DNA of 64,000 nucleotides from Malacoraja senta. Its lineage: Eukaryota. Below are positions 54,401 through 64,000 of this stretch, piece by piece. The translations under genes and the position numbers were made by a program. The notes beneath the pieces are model-generated. The model had not been told where the DNA came from. It made no database searches and saw nothing but the letters and a program-made list of their open reading frames with translations. The stretch is taken from contig CM075999.1 of assembly GCA_038087875.1 (NCBI GenBank), positions 684,001 through 748,000 on the forward strand, read 5' to 3'. Every line of letters starts with the position of its first letter. The first letter of the stretch is position 1.

Positions 54401-57400
54401 TTAGAATTCAATACATTTTGTGCCCTTAAGATTCCAGTCATTAAATTTACCTGAATCAAAAATCTCCACCTTTCCAGAAACCACTGTACCATCTACAAGT
54501 ACAGAGGCTACTACAACAGCTTCAAGCACCACAACAGTTCTCACATCAACGACAATAGAAACAACAACAGGCAGCACAAGTGCTTCTTCAACAGAAGCTA
54601 CCACCACCTTCACGACCACACCACTTACAACCACTGGTGAGTCCGGTATGCAAGAGAAATGAAAAATAAATATGTTCCTTACACATCCAGTGAATAAGAA
54701 TAATTACAGTAACACAAGTTAACATGGATTGGTCATGTGTGTTCCATGGCATATTTTGTTGGCATATCTTCTGTCAAAAACACCACAGATTTATTTTCCA
54801 AATTCTTTGGTCCCTTGAAAACAAATGTGGTCTACTTTCCAGAATATTTTGAGAAAATTATCATGTTGATACAAAAAAAAGCAAAATTGCAGTTCAATAC
54901 ATTTTCTGCCCTCCTGACCTCTGTCTTTAAATTTGCCTGAATCAAAAATCTCCACCTTTCCAGAAACCACTGTACCATCTACAAGTACAGAGGCAACTAC
55001 AACAGCTTCAAGCACCACATCAGTTCCCACATCAACGACAATAGAAACAACTACAGGCAGCACAAGTGCACCTACAACAGAAGCTACCACCACCTTCACG
55101 ACCACACCACTTACAACCACTGGTGAGTCCGGTATGCAAGAGAAATGCAAAATAAATCTGTTCCTTACACATCCAGTGAATAAGAATCATTACAATAGAA
55201 TAAGTTAACACGGATTGGCCATGTGTGTTCCAAGGCATATACTGTTGCATATCTTCTGTCAAAAACACCACAGATTTTGTTTCCAAATTCTTTGTTCCCT
55301 AGAAAACAAATGCGGCCTACTAGCCAGATTATTCCACAAATTATCACGTTGATACAAAAAGATGCAAAATTACAATTCAATGCATTTTCTGCCCTTAAGA
55401 TTCCAGTCTTTAAATTTAACTGAACCAAAAATCGGCACATTTCCAGAAACCACTGTACCAGTAGAATAAGTTAAAATGTAATCGCCATATATATTCCATG
55501 ACAAATGCTGCTGGCATATCTTCTGTCAAAACCGCACACGTGATGTTTCCAAATTCTTTGGTACCTTGAAAACACATGCGGCCTACTTCCCAGAACAGTC
55601 AAGAACATTATACCGTTGATACCAAAAAATCCCAAATTGTAGTTCAATGTATTTTCTCCCCGAAAGACTCCAGTCTTTAAATTTACTTGAACCTAAAATC
55701 TCCACCTTTCCAGAAACCACTGTACCATCTACAAGCACAGAGGCAACAACAACAGCTTCAAGCACCACATCAGTTCCCACATCAACGACAATAGAAACAA
55801 CTGCAGGCAGCACAAGTGCTTCTTCAACAGAAGCTACCACCACCTTCACGACCACACCACTTACAACCACTGGTGAGTCCAGAATGCTACAGTAAGGCAA
55901 AATAAATTTGTTCCTTCCACGTCCAGTGAACAAGAATCATTACAATAGAACAAGTTAACATGGATTGGCCATGTGTGTTCCATGGCATATACTGTTGCAT
56001 ATCTTCTGTCAAAAACACCACAGATTTTTTTTCCAAATTCTTTGGTCCCTAGAAATCAAATCCAGTCTACTTTCCAGAATATTTAAGAAAATTATCATGT
56101 TGATACAAAAAAAAGCAAAATTGTAGTACAATACATTTTCTGCTCTCATGACTTCAGTCTTTAAATTTGCCTGAATCAAAATTCTCCACCTTTCCAGAAA
56201 CCACTGTACCATCTACAAGTACAGAGGCTACTACAACAGCTTCAAGCACCACAACAGTTCCCACATCAACGACAATAGAAACAACTACAGGCAGCACAAG
56301 TGCACCTACAACAGAAGCTACCACCACCTTCACGACCACACCACTTACAACCACTGGTGAGTCCGGTATGCAAGAGAAATGCAAAATAAATCTGTTCCTT
56401 ACACATCCAGTGAATAAGAATCATTACAATAGAATAAGTTAACACGTATTGGCCATGTGTGTTCCAAGGCATATACTGTTGCATATCTTCTGTCAAAAAC
56501 ACCACAGATTTTGTTTCCAAGCACTTTGGTCCCTTGAAAACAAATGCGGCCTACTAGCCAGAATATTCCACAAATTATCACGTTGATACAAAAAGATGCA
56601 AAATTACAATTCAATGCATTTTCTGCGCTTAAGATTCCAGTCTTTAAATTTACCTGAACCTAAAATCAGCACATTTCCAGAAACCACTGTACCAGTAGAA
56701 TAAGTTAATATGTAATCGCAATTTATTTCCATGACAAATGCTGCTGGCATATCTTCTGTCAAAAACCGCACACGTGATGTATCCAAATTCTTTGGTACCT
56801 TGAAAACACATGCGGCCTACTTCCCAGAATAGTCAAGAACATTATCACGTTGATACAAAAAAATTCCAAATTGAAGTTCAATGTATTTTCTCCCCGAAAG
56901 ACTCCAGTCTTTAAATTTACTTGAACCTAAAATCTCCACCTTTCCAGAAACCACTGTACCATCTACAAGCACAGAGGCAACAACAACAGCTACAGGCACC
57001 ACATCAGTTCCCACATCAACAACAATAGAAACAACTACAGGCAGCACAATTGCATCTACAACAGAAGTTACCACCACCTTCACGACCACACCACTTACAA
57101 CCACTGGTGAGTCCGGTGTGCAAGAGTAATGCAGAATAAATTTGTTCCTTACACATCCAGTGAATAAGAATCATTACAGTGGAACACGTTAATATGGATT
57201 GGCCATGTGTGATCCATGGCATATACTGTTGCATATCTTCTGTCAAAAACACCACAGATTTTTTTTCCAAATTCTTTGGTCCCTAGAAAACAAATGCGGC
57301 CTACTAGCCAGATTATTCCACAAATTATCACGTTGATACAAAAAGATGCAAAATTACAATTCAATGCATTTTCTGCCCTTAAGATTCCAGTCTTTAAATT

Positions 57401-60400
57401 TAACTGAACCAAAAATCGGCACATTTCCAGAAACCACTGTACCAGTAGAATAAGTTAAAATGTAATCGCCATATATATTCCATGACAAATGCTGCTGGCA
57501 TATCTTCTGTCAAAACCGCACACGTGATGTTTCCAAATTCTTTGGTACCTTGAAAACACATGCGGCCTACTTCCCAGAACAGTCAAGAACATTATAACGT
57601 TGATACCAAAAAATCCCAAATTGTAGTTCAATGTATTTTCTCCCCGAAAGACTCCAGTCTTTAAATTTACTTGAACCTAAAATCTCCACCTTTCCAGAAA
57701 CCACTGTACCATCTACAAGCACAGAGGCAACAACAACAGCTTCAAGCACCACATCAGTTCCCACATCAACGACAATAGAAACAACTGCAGGCAGCACAAG
57801 TGCTTCTTCAACAGAAGCTACCACCACCTTCACGACCACACCACTTACAACCACTGGTGAGTCCAGAATGCTACAGTAAGGCAAAATAAATTTGTTCCTT
57901 CCACGTCCAGTGAACAAGAATCATTACAATAGAACAAGTTAACATGGATTGGCCATGTGTGTTCCATGGCATATACTGTTGCATATCTTCTGTCAAAAAC
58001 ACCACAGATTTTTTTTCCAAATTCTTTGGTCCCTAGAAATCAAATCCAGTCTACTTTCCAGAATATTTAAGAAAATTATCATGTTGATACAAAAAAAAGC
58101 AAAATTGTAGTACAATACATTTTCTGCTCTCATGACTTCAGTCTTTAAATTTGCCTGAATCAAAATTCTCCACCTTTCCAGAAACCACTGTACCATCTAC
58201 AAGTACAGAGGCTACTACAACAGCTTCAAGCACCACAACAGTTCCCACATCAACGACAATAGAAACAACTACAGGCAGCACAAGTGCACCTACAACAGAA
58301 GCTACCACCACCTTCACGACCACACCACTTACAACCACTGGTGAGTCCGGTATGCAAGAGAAATGCAAAATAAATCTGTTCCTTACACATCCAGTGAATA
58401 AGAATCATTACAATAGAATAAGTTAACACGGATTGGCCATGTGTGTTCCAAGGCATATACTGTTGCATATCTTCTGTCAAAAACACCACAGATTTTGTTT
58501 CCAAGCACTTTGGTCCCTTGAAAACAAATGCGGCCTACTAGCCAGAATATTCCACAAATTATCACGTTGATACAAAAAGATGCAAAATTACAATTCAATG
58601 CATTTTCTGCGCTTAAGATTCCAGTCTTTAAATTTACTTGAACCTAAAATCTCCACCTTTCCAGAAACCACTGTACCATCTACAAGCACAGAGGCAACAA
58701 CAACAGCTACAAGCACCACAACAGTTCCCACATCAACAACAATAGAAACAACTACAGGCAGCACAATTGCATCTACAACAGAAGTTACCACCACCTTCAC
58801 GACCACACCACTTACAACCACTGGTGAGTCCGGTGTGCAAGAGTAATGCAGAATAAATTTGTTCCTTACACATCCAGTGAATAAGAATCATTACAGTGCA
58901 ACACGTTAATATGGATTGGCCATGTGTGATCCATGGCATATACTGTTGCATATCTTCTGTCAAAAACACCACAGATTTTGTTTCCAAATTCTTTGGTCCC
59001 TAGAAAACAAATGCGGCCTACTAGCCAGATTATTCCACAAATTATCACGTTGATACAAAAAGATGCAAAATTACAATTCAATGCATTTTCTGCCCTTAAG
59101 ATTCCAGTCTTTAAATTTAACTGAACCAAAAATCGGCACATTTCCAGAAACCACTGTACCAGTAGAATAAGTTAAAATGTAATCGCCATATATATTCCAT
59201 GACAAATGCTGCTGGCATATCTTCTGTCAAAACCGCACACGTGATGTTTCCAAATTCTTTGGTACCTTGAAAACACATGCGGCCTACTTCCCAGAACAGT
59301 CAAGAACATTATAACGTTGATACCAAAAAATCCCAAATTGTAGTTCAATGTATTTTCTCCCCGAAAGACTCCAGTCTTTAAATTTACTTGAACCTAAAAT
59401 CTCCACCTTTCCAGAAACCACTGTACCATCTACAAGCACAGAGGCAACAACAACAGCTTCAAGCACCACATCAGTTCCCACATCAACGACAATAGAAACA
59501 ACTGCAGGCAGCACAAGTGCTTCTTCAACAGAAGCTACCACCACCTTCACGACCACACCACTTACAACCACTGGTGAGTCCAGAATGCTACAGTAAGGCA
59601 AAATAAATTTGTTCCTTCCACGTCCAGTGAACAAGAATCATTACAATAGAACAAGTTAACATGGATTGGCCATGTGTGTTCCATGGCATATACTGTTGCA
59701 TATCTTCTGTCAAAAACACCACAGATTTTTTTTCCAAATTCTTTGGTCCCTAGAAATCAAATCCAGTCTACTTTCCAGAATATATAAGAAAATTATCATG
59801 TTGATACAAAAAAAAGCAAAATTGTAGTACAATACATTTTCTGCTCTCATGACTTCAGTCTTTAAATTTGCCTGAATCAAAATTCTCCACCTTTCCAGAA
59901 ACCACTGTACCATCTACAACTACAGAGGCTACTACAACAGCTTCAAGCACCACAACAGTTCCCACATCAACGACAATAGAAACAACTACAGACAGCACAA
60001 GTGCACCTACAACAGAAGCTACCACCACCTTCACGACCACACCACTTACAACCACTGGTGAGTCCGGTATGCAAGAGAAATGCAAAATAAATCTGTTCCT
60101 TACACATCCAGTGAATAAGAATCATTACAATAGAATAAGTTAACACGGATTGGCCATGTGTGTTCCAAGGCATATACTGTTGCATATCTTCTGTCAAAAA
60201 CACCACAGATTTTGTTTCCAAGCACTTTGGTCCCTTGAAAACAAATGCGGCCTACTAGCCAGAATATTCCACAAATTATCACGTTGATACAAAAAGATGC
60301 AAAATTACAATTCAATGCATTTTCTGCGCTTAAGATTCCAGTCTTTAAATTTACTTGAACCTAAAATCTCCACCTTTCCAGAAACCACTGTACCATCTAC

Positions 60401-63400
60401 AAGCACAGAGGCAACAACAACAGCTACAAGCACCACATCAGTTCCCACATCAACAACAATAGAAACAACTACAGGCAGCACAATTGCATCTACAACAGAA
60501 GTTACCACCACCTTCACGACCACACCACTTACAACCACTGGTGAGTCCGGTGTGCAAGAGTAATGCAGAATAAATTTGTTCCTTACACATCCAGTGAATA
60601 AGAATCATTACAGTGCAACACGTTAATATGGATTGGCCATGTGTGATCCATGGCATATACTGTTGCATATCTTCTGTCAAAAACACCACAGATTTTGTTT
60701 CCAAATTCTTTGGTCCCTAGAAAACAAATGCGGCCTACTAGCCAGATTATTCCACAAATTATCACGTTGATACAAGAAGATGCAAAATTACAATTCAATG
60801 CATTTTCTGCCCTTAAGATTCCAGTCTTTAAATTTAACTGAACCAAAAATCGGCACATTTCCAGAAACCACTGTACCAGTAGAATAAGTTAAAATGTAAT
60901 CGCCATATATATTCCATGACAAATGCTGCTGGCATATCTTCTGTCAAAACCGCACACGTGATGTTTCCAAATTCTTTGGTACCTTGAAAACACATGCGGC
61001 CTACTTCCCAGAACAGTCAAGAACATTATAACGTTGATACCAAAAAATCCCAAATTGTAGTTCAATGTATTTTCTCCCCGAAAGACTCCAGTCTTTAAAT
61101 TTACTTGAACCTAAAATCTCCACCTTTCCAGAAACCACTGTACCATCTACAAGCACAGAGGCAACAACAACAGCTTCAAGCACCACATCAGTTCCCACAT
61201 CAACGACAATAGAAACAACTGCAGGCAGCACAAGTGCTTCTTCAACAGAAGCTACCACCACCTTCACGACCACACCACTTACAACCACTGGTGAGTCCAG
61301 AATGCTACAGTAAGGCAAAATAAATTTGTTCCTTCCACGTCCAGTGAACAAGAATCATTACAATAGAACAAGTTAACATGGATTGGCCATGTGTGTTCCA
61401 TGGCATATACTGTTGCATATCTTCTGTCAAAAACACCACAGATTTTTTTTCCAAATTCTTTGGTCCCTAGAAATCAAATCCAGTCTACTTTCCAGAATAT
61501 TTAAGAAAATTATCATGTTGATACAAAAAAAAGCAAAATTGTAGTACAATACATTTTCTGCTCTCATGACTTCAGTCTTTAAATTTGCCTGAATCAAAAT
61601 TCTCCACCTTTCCAGAAACCACTGTACCATCTACAAGTACAGAGGCTACTACAACAGCTTCAAGCACCACAACAGTTCCCACATCAACGACAATAGAAAC
61701 AACTACAGGCAGCACAAGTGCACCTACAACAGAAGCTACCACCACCTTCACGACCACACCACTTACAACCACTGGTGAGTCCGGTATGCAAGAGAAATGC
61801 AAAATAAATCTGTTCCTTACACATCCAGTGAATAAGAATCATTACAATAGAATAAGTTAACACGGATTGGCCATGTGTGTTCCAAGGCATATACTGTTGC
61901 ATATCTTCTGTCAAAAACACCACAGATTTTGTTTCCAAGCACTTTGGTCCCTTGAAAACAAATGCGGCCTACTAGCCAGAATATTCCACAAATTATCACG
62001 TTGATACAAAAAGATGCAAAATTACAATTCAATGCATTTTCTGCGCTTAAGATTCCAGTCTTTAAATTTACTTGAACCTAAAATCTCCACCTTTCCAGAA
62101 ACCACTGTACCATCTACAAGCACAGAGGCAACAACAACAGCTACAAGCACCACAACAGTTCCCACATCAACAACAATAGAAACAACTACAGGCAGCACAA
62201 TTGCATCTACAACAGAAGTTACCACCACCTTCACGACCACACCACTTACAACCACTGGTGAGTCCGGTGTGCAAGAGTAATGCAGAATAAATTTGTTCCT
62301 TACACATCCAGTGAATAAGAATCATTACAGTGCAACACGTTAATATGGATTGGCCATGTGTGATCCATGGCATATACTGTTGCATATCTTCTGTCAAAAA
62401 CACCACAGATTTTGTTTCCAAATTCTTTGGTCCCTAGAAAACAAATGCGGCCTACTAGCCAGATTATTCCACAAATTATCACGTTGATACAAAAAGATGC
62501 AAAATTACAATTCAATGCATTTTCTGCCCTTAAGATTCCAGTCTTTAAATTTAACTGAACCAAAAATCGGCACATTTCCAGAAACCACTGTACCAGTAGA
62601 ATAAGTTAAAATGTAATCGCCATATATATTCCATGACAAATGCTGCTGGCATATCTTCTGTCAAAACCGCACACGTGATGTTTCCAAATTCTTTGGTACC
62701 TTGAAAACACATGCGGCCTACTTCCCAGAACAGTCAAGAACATTATAACGTTGATACCAAAAAATCCCAAATTGTAGTTCAATGTATTTTCTCCCCGAAA
62801 GACTCCAGTCTTTAAATTTACTTGAACCTAAAATCTCCACCTTTCCAGAAACCACTGTACCATCTACAAGCACAGAGGCAACAACAACAGCTTCAAGCAC
62901 CACATCAGTTCCCACATCAACGACAATAGAAACAACTGCAGGCAGCACAAGTGCTTCTTCAACAGAAGCTACCACCACCTTCACGACCACACCACTTACA
63001 ACCACTGGTGAGTCCAGAATGCTACAGTAAGGCAAAATAAATTTGTTCCTTCCACGTCCAGTGAACAAGAATCATTACAATAGAACAAGTTAACATGGAT
63101 TGGCCATGTGTGTTCCATGGCATATACTGTTGCATATCTTCTGTCAAAAACACCACAGATTTTTTTTCCAAATTCTTTGGTCCCTAGAAATCAAATCCAG
63201 TCTACTTTCCAGAATATTTAAGAAAATTATCATGTTGATACAAAAAAAAGCAAAATTGTAGTACAATACATTTTCTGCTCTCATGACTTCAGTCTTTAAA
63301 TTTGCCTGAATCAAAATTCTCCACCTTTCCAGAAACCACTGTACCATCTACAAGTACAGAGGCTACTACAACAGCTTCAAGCACCACAACAGTTCCCACA

Positions 63401-63491
63401 TCAACGACAATAGAAACAACTACAGGCAGCACAAGTGCACCTACAACAGAAGCTACCACCACCTTCACGACCACACCACTTACAACCACTG
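274..63491 (+). CDS. Internal multi-exon PTS (Thr/Ser/Pro-rich) tandem-repeat domain of a giant mucin-like glycoprotein; about 112 exons, about 5,900 aa in window, gene incomplete at both ends
   Basis: Every full unit reads ttccAG|exon|GTgag. Exon lengths are multiples of 3 in phase 1, and I saw no in-frame stops in the spliced frame. The consensus has 28 Thr, 8 Ser and 3 Pro in 53 aa. Hand-derived exon starts (159 nt unless noted): 274, 758, 1242, 1992, 2476, 2960, 3444, 4194, 4678, 5162, 5912, 6396, 6880, 7630, 8114, 8864, 9348, 9832, 10316, 11066, 11550, 12034, 12784, 13268, 13752, 14502, 14986, 15723, 16208, 16692, 17187, 17930, 18413, 18895, 19379, 20129, 20614, 21365, 21848, 22598, 23083, 23567, 24317, 24598, 25349, 25831, 26313, 26796, 27546, 28031, 28777, 29262, 29746, 30231, 30716, 31200, 31951, 32436, 32920, 33670, 34154, 34649, 35399, 35884, 36367, 36852 (156), 37600, 38086, 38570, 39320, 39806, 40557, 41043, 41528, 42276, 42753, 43239 (144), 43709, 44459, 44944 (156), 45692, 46178, 46662, 47412, 47898, 48649, 49135, 49620, 50368, 50845, 51331 (144), 51801, 52551, 53036, 53519, 54004 (156), 54478, 54964, 55714, 56198, 56948, 57698, 58182, 58665, 59415, 59899, 60382, 61132, 61616, 62099, 62849, 63333. 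Confidence 0.85.
433..757 (+). other. Representative GT-AG intron (325 nt), AT-rich, highly similar between units
   Basis: Begins GTGAGT and ends ttttccAG; has an in-frame stop just after the donor and A-tracts of variable length. Confidence 0.85.
758..916 (+). CDS. Repeat exon 2 (159 nt)
   Basis: Same splice signals, 484 bp after exon 1. Confidence 0.87.
1242..1400 (+). CDS. Repeat exon 3 (159 nt; TTLVP...TPPTTT variant), the type that precedes a truncated unit in the left part
   Basis: AG at 1240-1241, GT at 1401-1402. Confidence 0.87.
1724..1991 (+). pseudogene. Representative truncated unit (pseudo-exon): acceptor plus the first 14 nt or so of exon fused to mid-intron sequence; 37 copies counted
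   Basis: tccacatttccAG|AAACCACTGTACCA joins directly to ttagaataagttaacatg, which is homologous to intronic atagaacaagttaacatg. About 217 nt including the GTGAGT donor are missing. In-frame TAA at 1744-1746. Confidence 0.8.
1861..15592. repeat. Left higher-order repeat zone: blocks of 2-4 exons plus one truncated unit (periods 2202, 1718, 1718, 1234, 2202, 1718, 1718, 1221 bp)
   Basis: Homologous positions at 1861, 4063, 5781, 7499, about 8733, 10935, 12653, 14371 and 15592. Confidence 0.9.
1992..2150 (+). CDS. Repeat exon 4 (159 nt; TSMTIE variant, carries a Gly>Cys codon)
   Basis: AG at 1990-1991, GT at 2151-2152; follows a 591-nt intron that contains a truncated unit. Confidence 0.87.
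24598..24756 (+). CDS. Repeat exon following a shortened 122-nt intron
   Basis: Intact AG/GT; the preceding exon is 24317-24475. Confidence 0.82.
36852..37007 (+). CDS. Repeat exon with in-frame 3-nt deletion (156 nt); copies at 44944-45099 and 54004-54159
   Basis: agaaactacaggc instead of agaaacaactacaggc (IETTG versus IETTTG); splice sites intact. Confidence 0.85.
43239..43382 (+). CDS. Repeat exon with in-frame 15-nt deletion (144 nt); copy at 51331-51474
   Basis: gaagctaccacaccactt instead of gaagctaccaccaccttcacgaccacaccactt; splice sites intact. Confidence 0.85.
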
Positions 63492-63700
63492 GTGAGTCCG
63501 GTATGCAAGAGAAATGCAAAATAAATCTGTTCCTTACACATCCAGTGAATAAGAATCATTACAATAGAATAAGTTAACACGTATTGGCCATGTGTGTTCC
63601 AAGGCATATACTGTTGCATATCTTCTGTCAAAAACACCACAGATTTTGTTTCCAAGCACTTTGGTCCCTTGAAAACAAATGCGGCCTACTAGCCAGAATA
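57567..63700. repeat. Near-identical 1717-bp higher-order repeat (3 exons plus 1 truncated unit), about 3.5 copies
   Basis: Identical ORFs at 57567, 59284, 61001 and 62718; homologous ORFs at 58580, 60297 and 62014. Confidence 0.93.
63333..63491 (+). CDS. Last complete repeat exon in the window (159 nt; TSTEATTT...SAPTTE variant)
   Basis: AG at 63331-63332, GT at 63492-63493. Confidence 0.87.
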
Positions 63701-64000
63701 TTCCACAAATTATCACGTTGATACAAAAAGATGCAAAATTACAATTCAATGCATTTTCTGCGCTTAAGATTCCAGTCTTTAAATTTACCTGAACCTAAAA
63801 TCAGCACATTTCCAGAAACCACTGTACCAGTAGAATAAGTTAATATGTAATCGCAATTTATTTCCATGACAAATGCTGCTGGCATATCTTCTGTCAAAAA
63901 CCGCACACGTGATGTATCCAAATTCTTTGGTACCTTGAAAACACATGCGGCCTACTTCCCAGAATAGTCAAGAACATTATCACGTTGATACAAAAAAATT

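Larger units (their letters stand above)
1..64000. repeat. Tandem exon+intron array, basic unit about 484 bp plus a truncated variant unit of about 267 bp; fills the window and continues past both edges
   Basis: Landmarks (tccacctttccagaaaccactgtacc; ggtgagtcc; gttaacatggattggccatg) recur at 482-486 bp spacing, or about 750 bp where a truncated unit intervenes. ORF-track coordinates show the same period (230, 714, 1198; 2432, 2916, 3400). Confidence 0.99.

Noticed and set aside
274..63491. Assigning a specific gene symbol (MUC2, MUC5AC, MUC19, FIM) or an organism
   Set aside because: Only low-complexity PTS repeat is visible. No diagnostic domain lies in the window and I do not recognise the 53-aa unit.
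230..63519. About 110 minus-strand Val-rich ORFs (MHY..DSPVVVSGVVVKVVVASVVD...)
   Set aside because: They are the antisense shadow of Thr (ACN) codon runs. Their ends vary between copies, and the conserved splice signals are all on the + strand.
1..64000. CRISPR array or prokaryotic repeat system
   Set aside because: There are no short repeats with unique spacers; the whole unit is homologous between copies, no cas-like genes are present, and spliceosomal GT-AG signals are.
1..64000. Non-coding centromeric satellite or transposon array
   Set aside because: Higher-order structure is present, but the conserved splice sites, stop-free 3n exons and frame-preserving indels favour a coding array. 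I saw no terminal inverted repeats, LTRs, target-site duplications or transposase/RT ORFs.

Overview
The whole 64-kb window is one eukaryotic (most likely animal) tandem array. It is best read as the interior of a very large mucin-type gene on the + strand, in which the repeat unit is an exon plus its intron. The basic unit is about 484 bp: a 159-nt phase-1/phase-1 exon flanked by canonical splice sites (ccacctttccAG|AAACCACTG...ACCAC(C/T)G|GTgagt) and an AT-rich intron of about 325 nt. The exon encodes a 53-aa Thr/Ser/Pro repeat, ETTVPSTTTEVTTTASSTTSVPTSTTIETTTGSTSASTTEATTTFTTTPLTTT. By hand I count 112 intact exons (107 x 159, 3 x 156 and 2 x 144 nt), about 17.8 kb of spliced ORF or about 5,900 aa. 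I also count 37 interspersed units of about 267 bp that have lost most of the exon and the donor; they keep an acceptor followed by a short in-frame stub and TAA. Units are organised into higher-order repeats (1234/1718/2202 bp on the left, an 8092-bp duplication, 1717/7135 bp on the right), and sequence variants change gradually from left to right. No start, end or non-repeat domain of the gene lies in the window, so the gene and organism cannot be named. The many short ORFs in the six-frame track are by-products of the repeat. I found no prokaryotic features, RNA genes, CRISPR arrays or transposons.
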